A stretch of 64,000 bases of DNA from an uncultured Gemmatimonadaceae bacterium (GCA_963817955.1 CAWFQK010000002.1:640001-704000); one strand, 5' to 3'. Numbered from the stretch's first letter, positions 35,435 to 46,338 are shown. Numbers and translations: made by a program. Notes: generated from the letters alone by a model not told the origin.

Positions 35435-35983
35435 CTAGACGGCCCGGAATTGTCGGTCAACAAAACGCGCCTGTTCGAACTTGCGAGCCCGAACGAGCGG
35501 CGCCACGTACAGCCGCCCACCCCGCAGTGTCAGGACACGGCGCGCGAGTCGCCGCACGTCGGCCGGATCGCGTGCGCTCAACACGACCGCGTCATTCCGT
35601 GCGCACCGCTCCTCGATCCATGCTCGAGTCGTCACCAAGGATTGGTTCGTGCCGCTGACATCCACCAAGTGTACATGCCCCCCGTCGGCGGTCCCGCCGC
35701 GCAGGAGATCGGCTGGCGCGTAGTGGTAGAGAACGCGCCGCACGACTCTAGCTCGCAACGACTCGCCGAACCAACGCAGCTCGCCTGAGTCCGGTCGCAG
35801 CAGACCGGCGGCGCACAGTAGCAAGGTCGATTTGCCGGCACCGTGCTCGCCAACGATCGCGACGGCTTCGCCTGGATCCACCACGAGATCGACTCCCCGT
35901 AGCACATCCACCGACGCGACACACGTGCCCGTGCCGAGGGTGAATCGCTTGGTGACACCCCACAACTCGAGCGCGGCGACCAT
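35435..35983 (-). CDS. Short, degenerate ABC-type ATP-binding protein
   Basis: [27 protein letters not shown]; no LSGGQ signature or canonical Walker B. Confidence 0.65.
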   Translation of the reverse strand: MVAALELWGVTKRFTLGTGTCVASVDVLRGVDLVVDPGEAVAIVGEHGAGKSTLLLCAAGLLRPDSGELRWFGESLRARVVRRVLYHYAPADLLRGGTADGGHVHLVDVSGTNQSLVTTRAWIEERCARNDAVVLSARDPADVRRLARRVLTLRGGRLYVAPLVRARKFEQARFVDRQFRAV

Positions 35984-36199
35984 GCGGCATGCATATGGTC
36001 CGCGGCGCCGCGGTCCGTGACCACGACGCCGCGCGTCGTACCCTTTCACCGCTGCGCCACCCAAATACTGCTTTGTCCGAGGTTGAGCGCTAGGGGCGGT
36101 AACGGCGCGAACGACTGCGACTGGGTCCGTCGCGTTAGCAGACTGTTGACATACGAGTGAATCGCCAGCAATCGGTTACGCGGCTGCGAAGATCGTGAT

Positions 36200-36259
36200 C
36201 TGAGCGACGCCTGTCATCCTGAGCGACGCCTGTCATCCTGAGCGAAAGCGAAGGATCTC
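36200..36259 (+). repeat. Two 19-bp tandem copies followed by a REP-like unit
   Basis: CTGAGCGACGCCTGTCATC x2, running into TGTCATCCTGAGCGAAAGCGAAGGATCT. Confidence 0.75.
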
Positions 36260-36273
36260 TGTGACCGATAGAC

Positions 36274-36644
36274 CAGCTTTTGAACGCAGAGGACGCAGAG
36301 AACTGCAGGAGGTCGCAGAGAACTGCCAGAGAACTGCAGAGAACCGTGAAGGATTGTCTCGCCTGGAAGGCTTGGATGATGCCGTCGTGAGGCTCCGATG
36401 GTATCGCCCAGGTCGGGATCATCAACGATATGGGCGGCCTGATTGTGGACTCGGCATCCACAGTTCATTCCACCGATACGCGCTTCCTCTTCCGTACGCT
36501 TCCAGTTCTCTGCAGTCTTCTTTTGCAGTTCTCTTTTTGCAGTTCTCTTTTGCAGCTCTCTGTTGCAGTTCTCTGTTGCAGTTCTCTGTTGCAGTTCTCT
36601 GCAGTTCTCTTGCAGTTCTCTGCGTCCTCTGCGTTCAAAAGCTG
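36274..36644. mobile_element. MITE-like element with 34-bp perfect terminal inverted repeats and internal CAGTTCTCT tandem arrays
   Basis: 36274-36307 is the reverse complement of 36611-36644; ten 10-14 bp CAGTTCTCT-core units at 36503-36622; inverted GCAGAGAACT units at 36295-36344. Confidence 0.6.
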
Positions 36645-36729
36645 TTGCGCCGTTTGCGTTAAAAGGCCGTCCGGCCCTCGAAGTGATCTGACTCCTGTTC
36701 AGCTATTTCAACAGTCTGTTAGGCAAGGT

Positions 36730-36996
36730 CAAGCGATCGGGACGGCGGGTGACTGTGATCAGTCATCAGTAAGCGGTGCTCAGTCGTCAGTCGCGCGGCT
36801 ACGCGACGGCGCCTCGGTCGAGCTGGCCTCCGTGGCCGCGCGTTCTTTTTGGTGGTGGATGTTCGCGCCTCTATTCGCCCGATCGAGGGCTGTCGGGGTC
36901 CGCAGTTGTCGAGGGCTGTCGAGGTCCTCAGTCACTGAGGACTGACGACCCACGCACTGATGACTGACCACAGTCACCCGCCGTCCCGATCGCTTG
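36730..36996. repeat. Second inverted-repeat element with 41-bp arms (1 mismatch)
   Basis: CAAGCGATCGGGACGGCGGGTGACTGTG(A/G)TCAGTCATCAGT at 36730-36770 and inverted at 36956-36996. Confidence 0.8.
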
Positions 36997-37092
36997 CGCC
37001 TGCCCCCGCTCGATCATCCGCCGACTGCGCGGCAGTAGGATGACAGGGCATCCAGGTTGACCGGCATCTCGTGTCCCGTGTGCCGTGTCACC

Positions 37093-38310
37093 CTACGCGC
37101 TCCGCGTCACGCCTCTCCGCTCGGCGTCGGACACGACGTCGAGCGCGGTGCCGGAAGGCACGAGAACGCCGCCGCCTGGAACCGGCACACGTAACACCAG
37201 CGGTCGTTCGCGTGTCGCGCGGCGAAACCCCTGTCCCTCATAAATGCGCGTGATCAAGATGCGCCGCACGATCACCATGAGCGCTGCCAGCGTGGGTAGA
37301 GCGACGATCAGGCCCATGCCGCCGAGCAATTGCCCCATGACGAGCACGGCCATGATGGTCAGGACCGGCGGCAGATCGACCTTCCGTGACATAACGAGGG
37401 GCGATACCACGTTGCCCTCGATGAGGTGCACGATCACGCCTAGGCCGACGACGAGTAACGCATGGCCGAGCGGGCTGAAGCCGTGCCACCCCGTGCCCGT
37501 CAAAACGAACAGCGCCGGCACGGTGGTGGACAGCAGCGTGCCAAAGAACGGAATGATCGCCACCAGACCGGTGAAGATTCCGAATGGCAGCCAGTACGGG
37601 ACACTCAATATCCACAGACCGAAGGCGGTGATCGCCCCGAGGAACGTCATCGTCAGGAGCTGGCCGACGATGTACGCACGAAGCGAGTCGGCAAGATCGG
37701 CCAGGACGTCGCGCACGAGGTCGCGATGAATTGGCGGAAAGAGCGCGATCAACCACTCGCGATAGAGCGCCGGATGCAACGCCAAGTAGATGGCCATCAC
37801 GCCAACGGCGAAGACATTGATCGCCACGTGCACGATCTCGAACAGCTTCGTCGGAATGCTGGTGAATATTCCGGCCAGCTGTCCGTAAATCGCCTGCAGC
37901 GTGCGGTGATCGCCCGATTGGCCGATCATGTCATGCATGCCGGGAAACCGGCTAGCGAGCGAATCGATTCCCGACTCCCACGAGTTCACGAACGTCGGCA
38001 AATCGAGCACGAGCTGGCGGGTCTGCTCGACGACAGGCGGCACGAGGATGAACGCGAGCAAGACCAGCAACCCGACCGTCCCGATGATCGCGATGGCTAA
38101 CCCGAGCGACTCGGGTGCGCGGAGCCGGCGCTGGATCCAGTCGGAAACCGCTCCCAGGTACAGAGAGACGAGGATTCCGAGCATCAACAGCACAAAAACC
38201 TGAGCGACGGTCTTGAACAGCCAGAGGAGCAGAACTGTCAGAACCGTCGCTGTCAGGATCGGGGCGAACTTGAGACGTCCGCTCCCGTTCCGAATCGCGT
38301 CAGCTGTCAA
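37093..38310 (-). CDS. AI-2E (UPF0118/PerM) family membrane transporter
   Basis: Multiple TM helices, IIPFFG, IEGNVVSPLVMS..VDLPP, GGMGLIVALP; TTG start overlaps the pspA stop. Confidence 0.9.
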   Translation of the reverse strand: MTADAIRNGSGRLKFAPILTATVLTVLLLWLFKTVAQVFVLLMLGILVSLYLGAVSDWIQRRLRAPESLGLAIAIIGTVGLLVLLAFILVPPVVEQTRQLVLDLPTFVNSWESGIDSLASRFPGMHDMIGQSGDHRTLQAIYGQLAGIFTSIPTKLFEIVHVAINVFAVGVMAIYLALHPALYREWLIALFPPIHRDLVRDVLADLADSLRAYIVGQLLTMTFLGAITAFGLWILSVPYWLPFGIFTGLVAIIPFFGTLLSTTVPALFVLTGTGWHGFSPLGHALLVVGLGVIVHLIEGNVVSPLVMSRKVDLPPVLTIMAVLVMGQLLGGMGLIVALPTLAALMVIVRRILITRIYEGQGFRRATRERPLVLRVPVPGGGVLVPSGTALDVVSDAERRGVTRSA

Positions 38311-39086
38311 TGGCCTTTGTTCTCGCTGGATTCCTCGATCTCGGCGTGCACTTCCTCTTCATTAATTCCCGCGCCGAGTGCTTTCTTCTGCGGTGATCCA
38401 GCAGGGAGCATGCCCATCTTCTGCTTGAGCGCGAGGAGTTGCACGTCCACGCTCCCGGCAACGGCACCCTTCTCGAGCGCCTTGAAATCCTGCGCCAGGC
38501 GATCGCCAGTGAATTCCTCCTCGATCTCGACGGACGCCTTGAGCTGTCGTTCGCTCTGGTCGATGCGCTCTTCCATGCGTGCGAACGCCTCGAACGCCGA
38601 CTTCTCCGATAGCGACGACATCGTTTCGTGGATCCGCTTCTGCGCCTGCGCACGCCGCTGACGGGCAACGAGCAGGTTCTTCTTGCGCTTGGCTTCCTCG
38701 ATCTTGTCGTTGAGGTCGCGCAGCGAGTTCTTCAATTTCTCCGTTTCGGACCGGTGCGACTCCCACGTCTGCTCGAGCTGCTGCCCCGCCGACACGTGCT
38801 CGCCTTGCCGCAGGAGTGCCTGCTTCGCGAGATCGTCGCGGCCTTCCTTGATGGCGAGCATCGCCTTCTGCTCCCAATCCTGCGCTTGCCTGAACTCGGC
38901 GTCGGCCTGATCGCGCAGCCGCTTCTCGTCGGCGATCGCCGTCGCGACCTGTTGCTTGGCTTTCGCGAGCTGCCCGCGCATGTCAACCAGGATCTGGTTG
39001 AGCATCTTCTCGGGGTCTTCGGCCCGCGAGATGAGATCATTGATGTTGGAGCGGAGCAGGCCCGAGAGCCGATCGAATATGCCCAT
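38307..39086 (-). CDS. pspA: PspA/IM30 family protein
   Basis: MGIFDRLS..SNINDLISRAEDPEKMLNQ..DM, GRDDLAKQAL, AFEAFARMEERI. Confidence 0.93.
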   Translation of the reverse strand: MGIFDRLSGLLRSNINDLISRAEDPEKMLNQILVDMRGQLAKAKQQVATAIADEKRLRDQADAEFRQAQDWEQKAMLAIKEGRDDLAKQALLRQGEHVSAGQQLEQTWESHRSETEKLKNSLRDLNDKIEEAKRKKNLLVARQRRAQAQKRIHETMSSLSEKSAFEAFARMEERIDQSERQLKASVEIEEEFTGDRLAQDFKALEKGAVAGSVDVQLLALKQKMGMLPAGSPQKKALGAGINEEEVHAEIEESSENKGH

Positions 39087-39089
39087 GAT

Positions 39090-39494
39090 TTAGCGTGCCT
39101 CGCGGTACGAGCCGATTTCGCGCAGATGAGACGCCAACGCGACGGTGATGCTTTCGTACGCGGCGAGGAACTCCTCGAAATCCAGATGCGACAACTCCAA
39201 TGCTTCGGTCATGACGATCGCCTGGTCTTCGATTCCGTACGACCCGTGCACGAGATCGGTCGCATTCAGCTCGAGCAGGCGGCGACTGAGCGTGGCCAGC
39301 GTTTCGGCGTCGGCGGGAAGCGTCATGACCTTCACGCGCAGAATGACCACCGGCGGCGAATAGTTGACGACGACGCTGAAATCGAGCTCACCGCTCGGCC
39401 GGATGATCCACAGTCCTGGTTCCACTTCGGTGTGGCTCGCCCCGTCGGCGCTGAGCCGATTCAGGAAGCCTTCAATGTCTTCTTTGGTGACCAT
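39090..39494 (-). CDS. YbjN/CesT-like chaperone-fold protein
   Basis: 134 aa acidic protein; RRLLELNATDLVHGSYGI..LDFEEF; directly upstream of pspA. Confidence 0.7.
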   Translation of the reverse strand: MVTKEDIEGFLNRLSADGASHTEVEPGLWIIRPSGELDFSVVVNYSPPVVILRVKVMTLPADAETLATLSRRLLELNATDLVHGSYGIEDQAIVMTEALELSHLDFEEFLAAYESITVALASHLREIGSYREAR

Positions 39495-39604
39495 CGCGAA
39501 TCCTTGCGTGGATACTGTTAGTCCTACGAACGAAATCGGCAGACGTTTCAGGCCGAGGCTAAGCTACGCACGACCGCCGGTCGGTGCGAGATCGCCGGGC
39601 GGGC

Positions 39605-40483
39605 TTAGCCCCGCTTGATTTGCACCAATCTTTCTTTCGACAACCGACGACCAGTGGGCGTCGCAGCCAAGCCGCCGCCCGCGGTCTCACGGTAACGTAC
39701 GTCCATCTCGCGGCCAATGTCGCCCATCGTATCGATAACCTCGTCGGCCGGAATAGCGAAGGTGATTCCGGCCAACGCCATCTCGATCGCGGCGAGCGCG
39801 ATGGCGGCGCCAGTCGCATTCCGGAAGACGCATGGCAGTTCGACGAGGCCCCCCAACGGGTCGCAGATGAGCCCGAGCGTGCCCTGCTGTGCCAGCGCGA
39901 CGGCATTCGACACCTGGGTTGGGGTGCCGCCAAGCATCTCCGTGGCGGCACCCGCGGCCATTCCGGCGGCGGCCCCAGTCTCCGCTTGGCATCCACCCTC
40001 GGCGCCGGATAATGACGCACGCTCGGCCACCACCGCGCCGATCAAGCCGGCCGTCGCCAGGGCGTCGACGAGCTTTTCCTCGGAAATGTCGTTCGCGACG
40101 GCGAGCCCGGTGAGGACGGCAGGCAGAACGCCCGCACCGCCCGCCGTTGGCGCGGCGACGATGACCCCCATGGCCGCATTCACTTCCTGGACGGCGAGCG
40201 CGCGCGCAAGAATATCGCGGAACGGCGTGCCGGCGAGTGGTCCCGGCGGTCCGTTCACGAGCTTGGCGGCGTCGCCCCCGACGAGGCCGGACGCGGACTT
40301 GAGATTGCCGGTGCGTCCCAGGTCGACGGCACCCTGCATGACGTAGAGCGCCCGGCGCAGCACGTCACGGATCTCGCCGACGGGCCGCCCCTGATCCTCC
40401 GACTCCCGATCGAGCGCCACGGTGGCCAGCGTCACGCCGCGGGCCTCGGCGTCGCGAACGGCGGCGGCAAGCGAGTGATACAT
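39605..40483 (-). CDS. sdaAA: L-serine dehydratase, Fe-S-dependent, alpha subunit
   Basis: EVNAAMGVIVAAPTAG, SGAEGGCQAE, GLICDPLGGLVELPC, RETAGGGLAATPTG. Confidence 0.95.
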   Translation of the reverse strand: MYHSLAAAVRDAEARGVTLATVALDRESEDQGRPVGEIRDVLRRALYVMQGAVDLGRTGNLKSASGLVGGDAAKLVNGPPGPLAGTPFRDILARALAVQEVNAAMGVIVAAPTAGGAGVLPAVLTGLAVANDISEEKLVDALATAGLIGAVVAERASLSGAEGGCQAETGAAAGMAAGAATEMLGGTPTQVSNAVALAQQGTLGLICDPLGGLVELPCVFRNATGAAIALAAIEMALAGITFAIPADEVIDTMGDIGREMDVRYRETAGGGLAATPTGRRLSKERLVQIKRG

Positions 40484-40507
40484 AAGCGTTATAACATTGC
40501 CATTTAC

Positions 40508-41176
40508 TTACGCCGAAACCTTGTCGAGGCGGAACGACCACCGCACCCAGGGGAGCGCGCGGATGTGGTCGCGGACGCGCTCGTCGGGGTACGCGTCGAG
40601 CTCGATCACCATGAACGCGTCGCCGCCACGCTTCTTTCGCGTGAGGCGGAGCGTCGCGATGTTCAGCTCATCGTCGGCCAGCAGGGTCGCGATGCGTGCC
40701 ACCGAGCCTTTGATGTCCTCGGCCACCAGCACGATCGTGTGATAGTTGCCCGACACTTCCACGGGGTATCCGTCGATCTCCGTCACGAGCACGCGGCCGG
40801 CGCCCAGTGACGAGCCCATCATGATGACCGACCGGGCGCCGCGTTCGACCGTGATGCGCACGCTGTTCGGATGCGCCTCCTCGTCGAGCGTCGTCTTCTC
40901 GAAAGTGAACTGGAGCCCTTCGCCCTCGGCAATCTCGAGCGCCGTGCGGATACGCTCATCGTCGGGACGAAAGCCCATGAGACCAGCGGCGATCGCCTTG
41001 TCGGTACCGTGCCCCTCGCCGGTGCGGGCAAAGGATCCATGGAGTTCGATCTTGGCGCGTTCGGGCGTGCCGCCGACGAGCCCGCGCGCGAGCAGCCCGA
41101 GCCGACAGGCCCCCGCAGTATGCGAGCTCGACGGCCCCACCATGACGGGACCGATGATGTCGAGAAGAGAGACCAT
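40508..41176 (-). CDS. sdaAB: L-serine dehydratase beta subunit with C-terminal ACT domain
   Basis: DIIGPVMVGPSSSHTAGA, GSFARTGEGHGTD, HPNS. Confidence 0.95.
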   Translation of the reverse strand: MVSLLDIIGPVMVGPSSSHTAGACRLGLLARGLVGGTPERAKIELHGSFARTGEGHGTDKAIAAGLMGFRPDDERIRTALEIAEGEGLQFTFEKTTLDEEAHPNSVRITVERGARSVIMMGSSLGAGRVLVTEIDGYPVEVSGNYHTIVLVAEDIKGSVARIATLLADDELNIATLRLTRKKRGGDAFMVIELDAYPDERVRDHIRALPWVRWSFRLDKVSA

Positions 41177-41212
41177 GGGGAAAAGTAAGCTCGTTGATAC
41201 TGATTGCCGGTC

Positions 41213-44035
41213 TCACCCGTTCCGAATCAGCATTCCTTTCAAATACGCTCCGGTGTGCGACTCCGGTACCCTGGCCACTTGTTCCGGGGTACCCGCCGCG
41301 ACGACCGCGCCGCCACGATTGCCACCTTCCGGACCAAGGTCGATGATCCAATCCGCAGTCTTGATCACGTCGAGGTTATGCTCGATCACCAACACCGTGT
41401 TCCCGCGGTCGACCAAACGGTGCAGCACATCCAGCAGGACGCGCACATCCTCGAAATGCAGACCGGTGGTCGGCTCATCGAGGATGTAGAAGGTGCGTCC
41501 CGTATCGCGCTTCGAGAGCTCCGATGCCAGCTTCACGCGTTGCGCCTCGCCACCCGAAAGCGTCGTCGCGCTCTGACCGAGATGGATGTAGCCGAGCCCG
41601 ACGTCGGCGAGGGTCACCAGCTTCTGATGAATGCGCGGCTGGTTCTGGAAAAAGCCCACTCCGTCATCCACCGTGAGGTCGAGCACGTCGGAAATCGTGA
41701 GCCCGCGAAAGCGGACTTCGAGCGTCTCGCGATTGTAGCGCTTCCCCTTGCACACCTCGCACGGCACGTACACGTCCGGCAGGAAGTGCATCTCGATCTT
41801 GACGAGCCCGTCGCCCTGACACGCCTCGCAGCGGCCGCCCTTCACGTTGAACGAGAAGCGTCCGGGCCCATAGCCACGGATCTTCGCTTCGGGCAGCTCG
41901 GCAAACAGCTCGCGAATCGGCGTGAATAACCCGGTGTACGTCGCCGGATTCGATCGCGGTGTGCGGCCGATCGGGCTCTGGTCGATATCGATCACCTTGT
42001 CGATGTGCTCGAAGCCGGTGATCCGCGTATGGCCGCCTGGAATGACCCGCGCGCGATAGAAATGCCGTGCAAGCGCGCGATGCAGGATATCCTCGATCAG
42101 CGTCGACTTGCCCGAGCCCGATACGCCGGTGATGGCAACAAACAGCCCGAGCGGAATGTCCACGGTGAGATCGCGCAGGTTGTGTTCGCGCGCGCCCTCG
42201 ATGCGGATGACGCGGTGCGCCTCGATCGGACGACGCGTCGCCGGCATCGCGATCTTCAATTCGCCCGTCAAGAACTTCCCCGTAATCGAGGCGGGATTAC
42301 GCATGATCTCCTCGACGGTGCCGACGGCGATCACTTCGCCGCCATGCTTGCCGGCGCCGGGGCCGAGGTCGATCACGTGATCCGCCGCGCGCATCGTTTC
42401 CTCGTCGTGCTCGACGACGATCACGGTGTTCCCGAGGTCGCGGAGCTGCTCGAGCGTCGCCAGCAGACGGGCATTGTCCCGCTGATGCAGGCCGATGGAC
42501 GGTTCGTCGAGGATGTACAACACCCCGACGAGACGTGAGCCAATCTGCGTCGCGAGACGAATCCGTTGCGCCTCGCCACCCGAGAGCGACTCCGCGGAGC
42601 GACCAAGCGTGAGATACTCGAGGCCGACGTCGACGAGAAAGCGCAAGCGCTCGCGCACTTCCTTGAGAATTGGTCCGGCGATCTCCTGGTCGAGTCCGGG
42701 CACGCCATCGGATCGCACCGTGACACGCTCGAAGAACGACAACGTCTCCGTCACGGGCAGTTCCACGATCTCGCCGATATTGTGTCCCTGCACCGTCACC
42801 GCCAGCGACTCGCGCTTGAGGCGGCGACCGGCGCACACGCTGCATGGCACCTCGATCATGTACTCCTGCAGCTCGAGACGCACGGTGTCGGATTCCGACT
42901 CGTCGTAGCGGCGCTCGATGTTGGCGAGCACCCCCTCCCACTCGACACCGGTGGCCTTCCCGGTCTTCACTGCTTTCTTGTCACCGTACAAAATGCCGTC
43001 GCGCACGGGCTTCGGCAGCTCGCCCCACTGCGTGTTCAGATCGAACTTGAGCTGACGCGCCAACGCCGGGAGCACCACCTTCCGCAGATATCCGCTGGGC
43101 GCCCCCCACGGCAAGATCACGCCCTCGAGAATCGAGATACTGGGATGGCCAAGGATGAGCTGTTCGCTCACGCGCCGCCGCGTCCCAAGGCCACCGCATG
43201 CGGGGCAAGCGCCGAACGGCGAGTTGAACGAGAATTGGCGCGGCTCCAGCTCGGGCAGCGAGATCCCGCAGGTGGGGCAGCCGTACCGTTCAGAGAACAT
43301 CTCGACACTGCCGGTGTCGGCGTTGCTCACCTCGACGACGCCTTCGGCGAGCTTGAGCGCAGTCTCGACGGAATCGGCGAGGCGTGCGCGATCCTCCCCC
43401 CGGACGGCGAGGCGATCGACGATCGCGGAGATCGTGTGATTCTGCCGGCGGTTCAGTTTCGGCGGCGTCGCCAATTCGATCAGCTCACCGTCGACATAGG
43501 CGCGGATGAAGCCCTGCTTGCGCACCGTTTCGAACAGCTCCCGGAACTCGCCCTTGCGCCCCTGCACGAGCGGGGCGCGAATTTCGATGCGGGTGTCGCG
43601 TGGCCAGGTGAGGACCACGTCGGCGATCTGCGCCGCACTCTGCCGTTGCACGGGGCGGCCGCAGTTCGGGCAATGCGGCGTCCCTGCCCGCGCCCAGAGC
43701 AGTCGCAGATAATCGTAGATTTCAGTGACCGTGCCGACGGTCGACCGCGGGTTGTGTCCCGCCGACTTCTGCTCGATCGAGATGGCCGGTGACAGTCCTT
43801 CAATGGAGTCGACGTCCGGCTTCTCCATCAGGCCAAGAAACTGCCGCGCGTACGCCGAGAGCGACTCCACGTACCGCCGCTGCCCCTCGGCATAGATCGT
43901 GTCGAACGCCAACGACGACTTGCCCGATCCGGACAAGCCCGTAATGACAGTCAGTTTGTCTCTCGGAATCGTGACATCGATATTCCGGAGATTGTGCTCT
44001 CGAGCACCGCGTACGACCAGCGAGTCTTCTGCCAT
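41213..44035 (-). CDS. uvrA: Excinuclease ABC subunit UvrA
   Basis: GAREHNL, two Walker A motifs ([16 protein letters not shown]), two LSGGEAQR, zinc fingers. Confidence 0.98.
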   Translation of the reverse strand: MAEDSLVVRGAREHNLRNIDVTIPRDKLTVITGLSGSGKSSLAFDTIYAEGQRRYVESLSAYARQFLGLMEKPDVDSIEGLSPAISIEQKSAGHNPRSTVGTVTEIYDYLRLLWARAGTPHCPNCGRPVQRQSAAQIADVVLTWPRDTRIEIRAPLVQGRKGEFRELFETVRKQGFIRAYVDGELIELATPPKLNRRQNHTISAIVDRLAVRGEDRARLADSVETALKLAEGVVEVSNADTGSVEMFSERYGCPTCGISLPELEPRQFSFNSPFGACPACGGLGTRRRVSEQLILGHPSISILEGVILPWGAPSGYLRKVVLPALARQLKFDLNTQWGELPKPVRDGILYGDKKAVKTGKATGVEWEGVLANIERRYDESESDTVRLELQEYMIEVPCSVCAGRRLKRESLAVTVQGHNIGEIVELPVTETLSFFERVTVRSDGVPGLDQEIAGPILKEVRERLRFLVDVGLEYLTLGRSAESLSGGEAQRIRLATQIGSRLVGVLYILDEPSIGLHQRDNARLLATLEQLRDLGNTVIVVEHDEETMRAADHVIDLGPGAGKHGGEVIAVGTVEEIMRNPASITGKFLTGELKIAMPATRRPIEAHRVIRIEGAREHNLRDLTVDIPLGLFVAITGVSGSGKSTLIEDILHRALARHFYRARVIPGGHTRITGFEHIDKVIDIDQSPIGRTPRSNPATYTGLFTPIRELFAELPEAKIRGYGPGRFSFNVKGGRCEACQGDGLVKIEMHFLPDVYVPCEVCKGKRYNRETLEVRFRGLTISDVLDLTVDDGVGFFQNQPRIHQKLVTLADVGLGYIHLGQSATTLSGGEAQRVKLASELSKRDTGRTFYILDEPTTGLHFEDVRVLLDVLHRLVDRGNTVLVIEHNLDVIKTADWIIDLGPEGGNRGGAVVAAGTPEQVARVPESHTGAYLKGMLIRNG

Positions 44036-44091
44036 AGCCTGTGAAATTTCGGGACCAGACCGGGGCGAAACAAGGCGCTATATTGGCAGCT

Positions 44092-44427
44092 ATGCCCCAT
44101 ACAGACGCCATCGTCGTCCTGACCACTGTCGCAACCGACGAAGAAGCCGTGACATTCGTGCGCACGTTGCTCGACCGGCGGCTCATCGCCTGTGGTACCC
44201 TTTTCCCCGGAGCCCGTTCACTCTACCGCTGGCAGGGAAAGGTGGCAGATGAACGCGAAGTGGTGGTCATGCTCAAGACGCGCGCCGCGCGGCTCGATGC
44301 ACTGCGCGCTGCCTTCACGGAGCTACACCCCTACAAGGTTCCCGAACTGCTCACGCTTCCGGTCGAAGCCGGCTTGGACAAGTACCTCGAGTGGATCAAC
44401 GGCGAGACCACTCTCGCGCTGGCGTAA
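44092..44427 (+). CDS. cutA: Divalent-cation tolerance protein CutA
   Basis: [27 protein letters not shown]. Confidence 0.92.
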   Translation: MPHTDAIVVLTTVATDEEAVTFVRTLLDRRLIACGTLFPGARSLYRWQGKVADEREVVVMLKTRAARLDALRAAFTELHPYKVPELLTLPVEAGLDKYLEWINGETTLALA

Positions 44428-44452
44428 TTCCTCTGACGTAGACGCAGAATAC

Positions 44453-44785
44453 ATGACGTTGAAGGCCGAAGACTCCGATGCAAGCACCCAACTCGAGCGT
44501 GGCAGGTCGCTCTGCCGGCACGCACGCTGGCGCGAAGCGATCGAACCGCTGCAACGGGCCGTAACACTCGATCCCAATCTCGTCGCCGCGCACTACCAAC
44601 TCGGCGACGCCTACAATCAGACGGATCGACTGGTGGAGGCTCTCGAGGCGTACGAAACCGCGGTCCGGCTGGAGCCGGAGAACTGGCGCGCACTCAAGGG
44701 CGTTGGGGTCGTGCTCGACCGCATGCGACGCCCACAAGAGGCCACGGCGGCATACCAGCGCGCGCGCGCGGCACAGCGGCGGTGA
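44453..44785 (+). CDS. Small tetratricopeptide-repeat protein
   Basis: EAIEPLQRAVTLDP..AHYQLG..EALEAYETAVRLEP..ALKGVG TPR pattern. Confidence 0.8.
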   Translation: MTLKAEDSDASTQLERGRSLCRHARWREAIEPLQRAVTLDPNLVAAHYQLGDAYNQTDRLVEALEAYETAVRLEPENWRALKGVGVVLDRMRRPQEATAAYQRARAAQRR

Positions 44786-46338
44786 TCAACCGGCGCGCGA
44801 TCGTCGGCGGGGCGATCGTTACCGCCTGGCTGATCGGCCTCGTGCTGCTCATTCAACGCGAATATTTTCGCCCTCAGCTCGAGCGTCTGGCTGAGGCAGC
44901 GACCCGCGTCACACCCGGCGCAGTGTATTACGGCGTCATGCAGGGCGACCGACAGATCGGCTTCGCGTCGTCCACCATCGACACCGCGGAAAAGTCGATG
45001 ACCGTGAGCGACTACCTCGTGGCCGACCTCCCAATGGGCGGCACGACGCACCGCGCCACCGCGCGCACCAACGTCACGCTCACGCGCGCGCTCCGGGTCA
45101 CCAAGTTCGATCTCGCGCTCGAGACCGAAGGGGCGCCGATCAATGCAACCGGCACCATCGAAGGCGATTCGGTGCTCGTGCTCGACATCACCGCTGGCAA
45201 GGAAAAGCCGGATACGCAGCGGATTGCCCTCTCCGGTCCGATTCTCTTGCCGACGCTCGTTCCGCTCGCCGTGGCGCTCGGGGAGCGGCCGACGGTGGGC
45301 AAACATTATCTGTTGCCCATCTTCGACCTGGCGAGCATGGCCCCAACGGACGTCGCCTTTGACGTCCGCGCCGAATCGCTGTTCGTCGTCAACGACAGTT
45401 CGGTCTACGATTCGACCAGCGCGCGCTGGCGGGGCGTGCTTCCCGACACCGTGCGCGCCTGGCAGGTGACCGCCCAGACGCGCGGCGGCTTTTCGGGTTG
45501 GATCGACGAGCAGGGGCGCATCGTGCAGACCATGCAGCTCGGCCTCGTACTGCGCCGCCTGCCCTACGAAGTTGCATTTGAGAACTGGAAAACAGCCCGC
45601 GCGCAGAAGGAAGTCGCCGAGAACCGCGACATCCTCGAAACGACGGCAATCGCCGCCAACAAGCGCATGGGCCACCGCATCGACGCGCTCACGGTACGAT
45701 TGTCGAACGTCAACCTGAGCGGATTCGATCTCACCGGCGGGCGCCAGCGGTTGGTGGGCGATACGCTGACGGTGACCGCCGAGCCGGCCACGGCGCTCGC
45801 CGCGACCTATACGCTCCCCGGCAACCACATCGATCCGGAGCACACGCGCCCCGAGCCGCTCATCCAGAGCGACGCCGTCGTCATTCGCCGCCTGGCGCGC
45901 CAGATCATTGGCGACGAACGTGATCCGCGAATCGCCGCCGAGCGGATCAACACGTGGGTTCACGACTCCATCACCGATCGCATCACGGTCGGTGTACCCA
46001 GCGCGATTCAGGTCTGGACGCGCCGCACCGGCGACTGCAACGAGCACACGCAGTTGTTCGTGGCGCTTGCGCGTGCGGCGGGCATTCCGGCGCGCATCGA
46101 TGCCGGACTCGCGTACGTCAACGGTAAGTTCTATTACCACGCCTGGCCCGAAGTGCTGCTCGATGGCTGGATCGCTGTCGATCCAACGTTCGGCCAATTT
46201 CCCGCAGATGCCGCTCACCTCCGTTTCGTCGTTGGAGGTCTGGCGCGTCAGACGGAACTGCTCCGGCTGATGGGTAATCTCAAGATCGACGTGTTGTCGG
46301 TGAACGGATCCGCAGCCCGATCGAGCACTCTCAAATGA
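44782..46338 (+). CDS. Membrane-anchored transglutaminase-like domain protein
   Basis: N-terminal TM; catalytic triad GDCNEH, YHAWPEV, WIAVDPT. Confidence 0.9.
   Translation: MINRRAIVGGAIVTAWLIGLVLLIQREYFRPQLERLAEAATRVTPGAVYYGVMQGDRQIGFASSTIDTAEKSMTVSDYLVADLPMGGTTHRATARTNVTLTRALRVTKFDLALETEGAPINATGTIEGDSVLVLDITAGKEKPDTQRIALSGPILLPTLVPLAVALGERPTVGKHYLLPIFDLASMAPTDVAFDVRAESLFVVNDSSVYDSTSARWRGVLPDTVRAWQVTAQTRGGFSGWIDEQGRIVQTMQLGLVLRRLPYEVAFENWKTARAQKEVAENRDILETTAIAANKRMGHRIDALTVRLSNVNLSGFDLTGGRQRLVGDTLTVTAEPATALAATYTLPGNHIDPEHTRPEPLIQSDAVVIRRLARQIIGDERDPRIAAERINTWVHDSITDRITVGVPSAIQVWTRRTGDCNEHTQLFVALARAAGIPARIDAGLAYVNGKFYYHAWPEVLLDGWIAVDPTFGQFPADAAHLRFVVGGLARQTELLRLMGNLKIDVLSVNGSAARSSTLK

Noticed and set aside
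36503..36622. CRISPR array
   Set aside because: Units are 10-14 bp, directly adjacent, with no unique spacers and no cas genes.
36135..36977. Several 65-170 aa ORFs across the repeat cluster
   Set aside because: Low-complexity translations of the tandem repeats (LQFS/CSSL).
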